From: Candidatus Nanoarchaeia archaeon
GTDB lineage: Archaea > Nanobdellota > Nanobdellia > Woesearchaeales > DATDXC01
NCBI GenBank assembly: GCA_035289425.1
Contig: DATDXC010000074.1
Span: 1-63,823 of the forward strand
Direction of reading: 5' to 3'
Length of the DNA: 63,823 bases
The notes below the pieces were generated by a model that was not told where the DNA came from, did not search any database, and was given only the letters and a program-made list of their open reading frames with translations. Shown one piece after another: positions 62,931 through 63,823 of this stretch (positions within the stretch are counted from its first letter, which is position 1; each line of letters starts with the position of its first letter). The translations under genes and the position numbers were made by a program.

Positions 62931-63635
62931 CTATAGTTTTTTGCCGGAATTACCGGAATTAGGCGGAACAACCTTGATAATATTGGACATGCCTGATTCG
63001 GTCTTTTCCAGAAGCCCCCTTAGCTCTAATGACCTGATATTTCTTGACAAGGAAGCTTTGGGAATCTTAAAGACACTTTGCAGCTGAGCCTGGGTCATAG
63101 GGGCAGTATGCTTTGAGAGCATCTCCATTATCTTTTTCTGCCTGGCAGGCAAGTAACTATAGTCTTGAATTTTTTTACTTGGCAATCTCTTTTTTAACAG
63201 GAAGAGAGATACTGCACCTAAGGCTACAATCACTATGCTCCAGAGCGCAAATATGTTTTTCTTCTGGATGGAGTACTGCACCAGAATCTGGACAGGGACA
63301 TTCTCCCCATACCCCCTGATTGTGAGATGGTTCTGGCTATTTTCGATGCGAAGCGGGCTCGAGCTCTTGATGTAGCTCACTGAAGAGGCTTCAGGCAGGT
63401 TTATCACATAAACCAAATTCGAAAAAGAGTCCTGCACTGTCACGTTCAACAGCCAATTATCCTTTTCCTTCGATGTGAATATCTGGCTGTCTTCAGCCAA
63501 CAGATCTGGATGATTGGTGCTTCCCCTGATAGAAACAAAGCCAGATTCATCAACTGAGATGGCTATATCTGCATAATAATCTGTTGCAACTACAGATGGG
63601 AAGAGTAATAGCAATATCAGTACCTCTTTTTTCAT
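62931..63635 (-). CDS. membrane-anchored winged-helix transcriptional regulator with extracytoplasmic domain
   Basis: Start at the ATG at 63635. Signal/TM MKKEVLILLLLFPSVVA, an external domain of about 130 aa, TM IFALWSIVIVALGAVSLFLL, and a cytoplasmic wHTH ...MTQAQLQSVFKIPKASLSRNIRSLELRGLLEK. Confidence 0.6.
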   Translation of the reverse strand: MKKEVLILLLLFPSVVATDYYADIAISVDESGFVSIRGSTNHPDLLAEDSQIFTSKEKDNWLLNVTVQDSFSNLVYVINLPEASSVSYIKSSSPLRIENSQNHLTIRGYGENVPVQILVQYSIQKKNIFALWSIVIVALGAVSLFLLKKRLPSKKIQDYSYLPARQKKIMEMLSKHTAPMTQAQLQSVFKIPKASLSRNIRSLELRGLLEKTESGMSNIIKVVPPNSGNSGKKL

Positions 63636-63823
63636 TCTGGCAACAATCTGGAGATGCTTCTTTAAAAATATTGTGGAAATATGGTGATATTGAAAAGTTA
63701 TATTAGTGGGTTTCCCCACTTATCTTTTATGTCCATAAACGATGAGGGGTGGGGAGCACCCACAATGAGCATAGATTGGAAGAGAGGTATAAAATTGTTG
63801 CGGAATAATTTCCGCAAACAGGG

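Noticed and set aside
63798-63817. Perfect hairpin TTGCGGAA-TAAT-TTCCGCAA at the right window edge
   Set aside because: It is an isolated 8-bp hairpin upstream of the wHTH regulator gene, cut by the window end. It cannot be interpreted without flanking sequence.
1-63823. Looked for CRISPR arrays, rRNA genes, integrases and toxin-antitoxin or other defence cassettes
   Set aside because: I saw no regularly spaced direct repeats, no rRNA-like conserved blocks and no recombinase or defence-gene motifs. The scan was by eye only, so short or degenerate elements could have been missed.

Overview
AT-rich archaeal chromosome fragment. Archaeal markers: Alba, ribosomal protein S17e, archaeal-type iPGM, type II GAPDH, and palindromic TTTATAAA TATA boxes about 26 nt upstream of many start codons, implying leaderless mRNAs. 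The lineage cannot be fixed from the sequence; a Lys-rich backbone with giant surface proteins resembles uncultivated DPANN-like archaea, but that is a guess. Contents: (i) A split arginine regulon: argH-argS at 14.6-17.5 kb; argG, argJ-argB-argD-argC and argF at 40-46.6 kb. It has one operator/promoter architecture in three copies, a conserved structured 5' leader of about 120 nt in two copies, and a GC-rich structured element between argF and argJ with mutually exclusive pairings. This RNA/operator layer is the best candidate for something undescribed. (ii) Central-carbon genes of mixed evolutionary type: class I and type II GAPDH, two tandem eukaryote/bacterial-type class I FBP aldolases, a PFK-A with PPi-type signature residues, and apgM. 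(iii) Bacterial-type riboflavin genes ribB, ribD and ribA. (iv) Two blocks of Arg/Gly/Ala-richer, Shine-Dalgarno-led dehydrogenase/aldolase genes that look like an acquired polyol or sugar-phosphate pathway. (v) A 14.6-kb five-gene secreted-protein locus headed by a 2702-aa beta-helix/subtilase/GLUG protein; two members share an unrecognised basic C-terminal tail, QPFYK-x-L-x-RY. (vi) Envelope sugar-activation genes (two phosphohexomutases, an RHH-fused nucleotidyltransferase, an HAS-like GT2 operon) and several mini-ORFs missing from the ORF track. No rRNA, CRISPR array or clear mobile element was seen. All homology calls come from motif recognition by eye, not searches, and all percentages are rough estimates.
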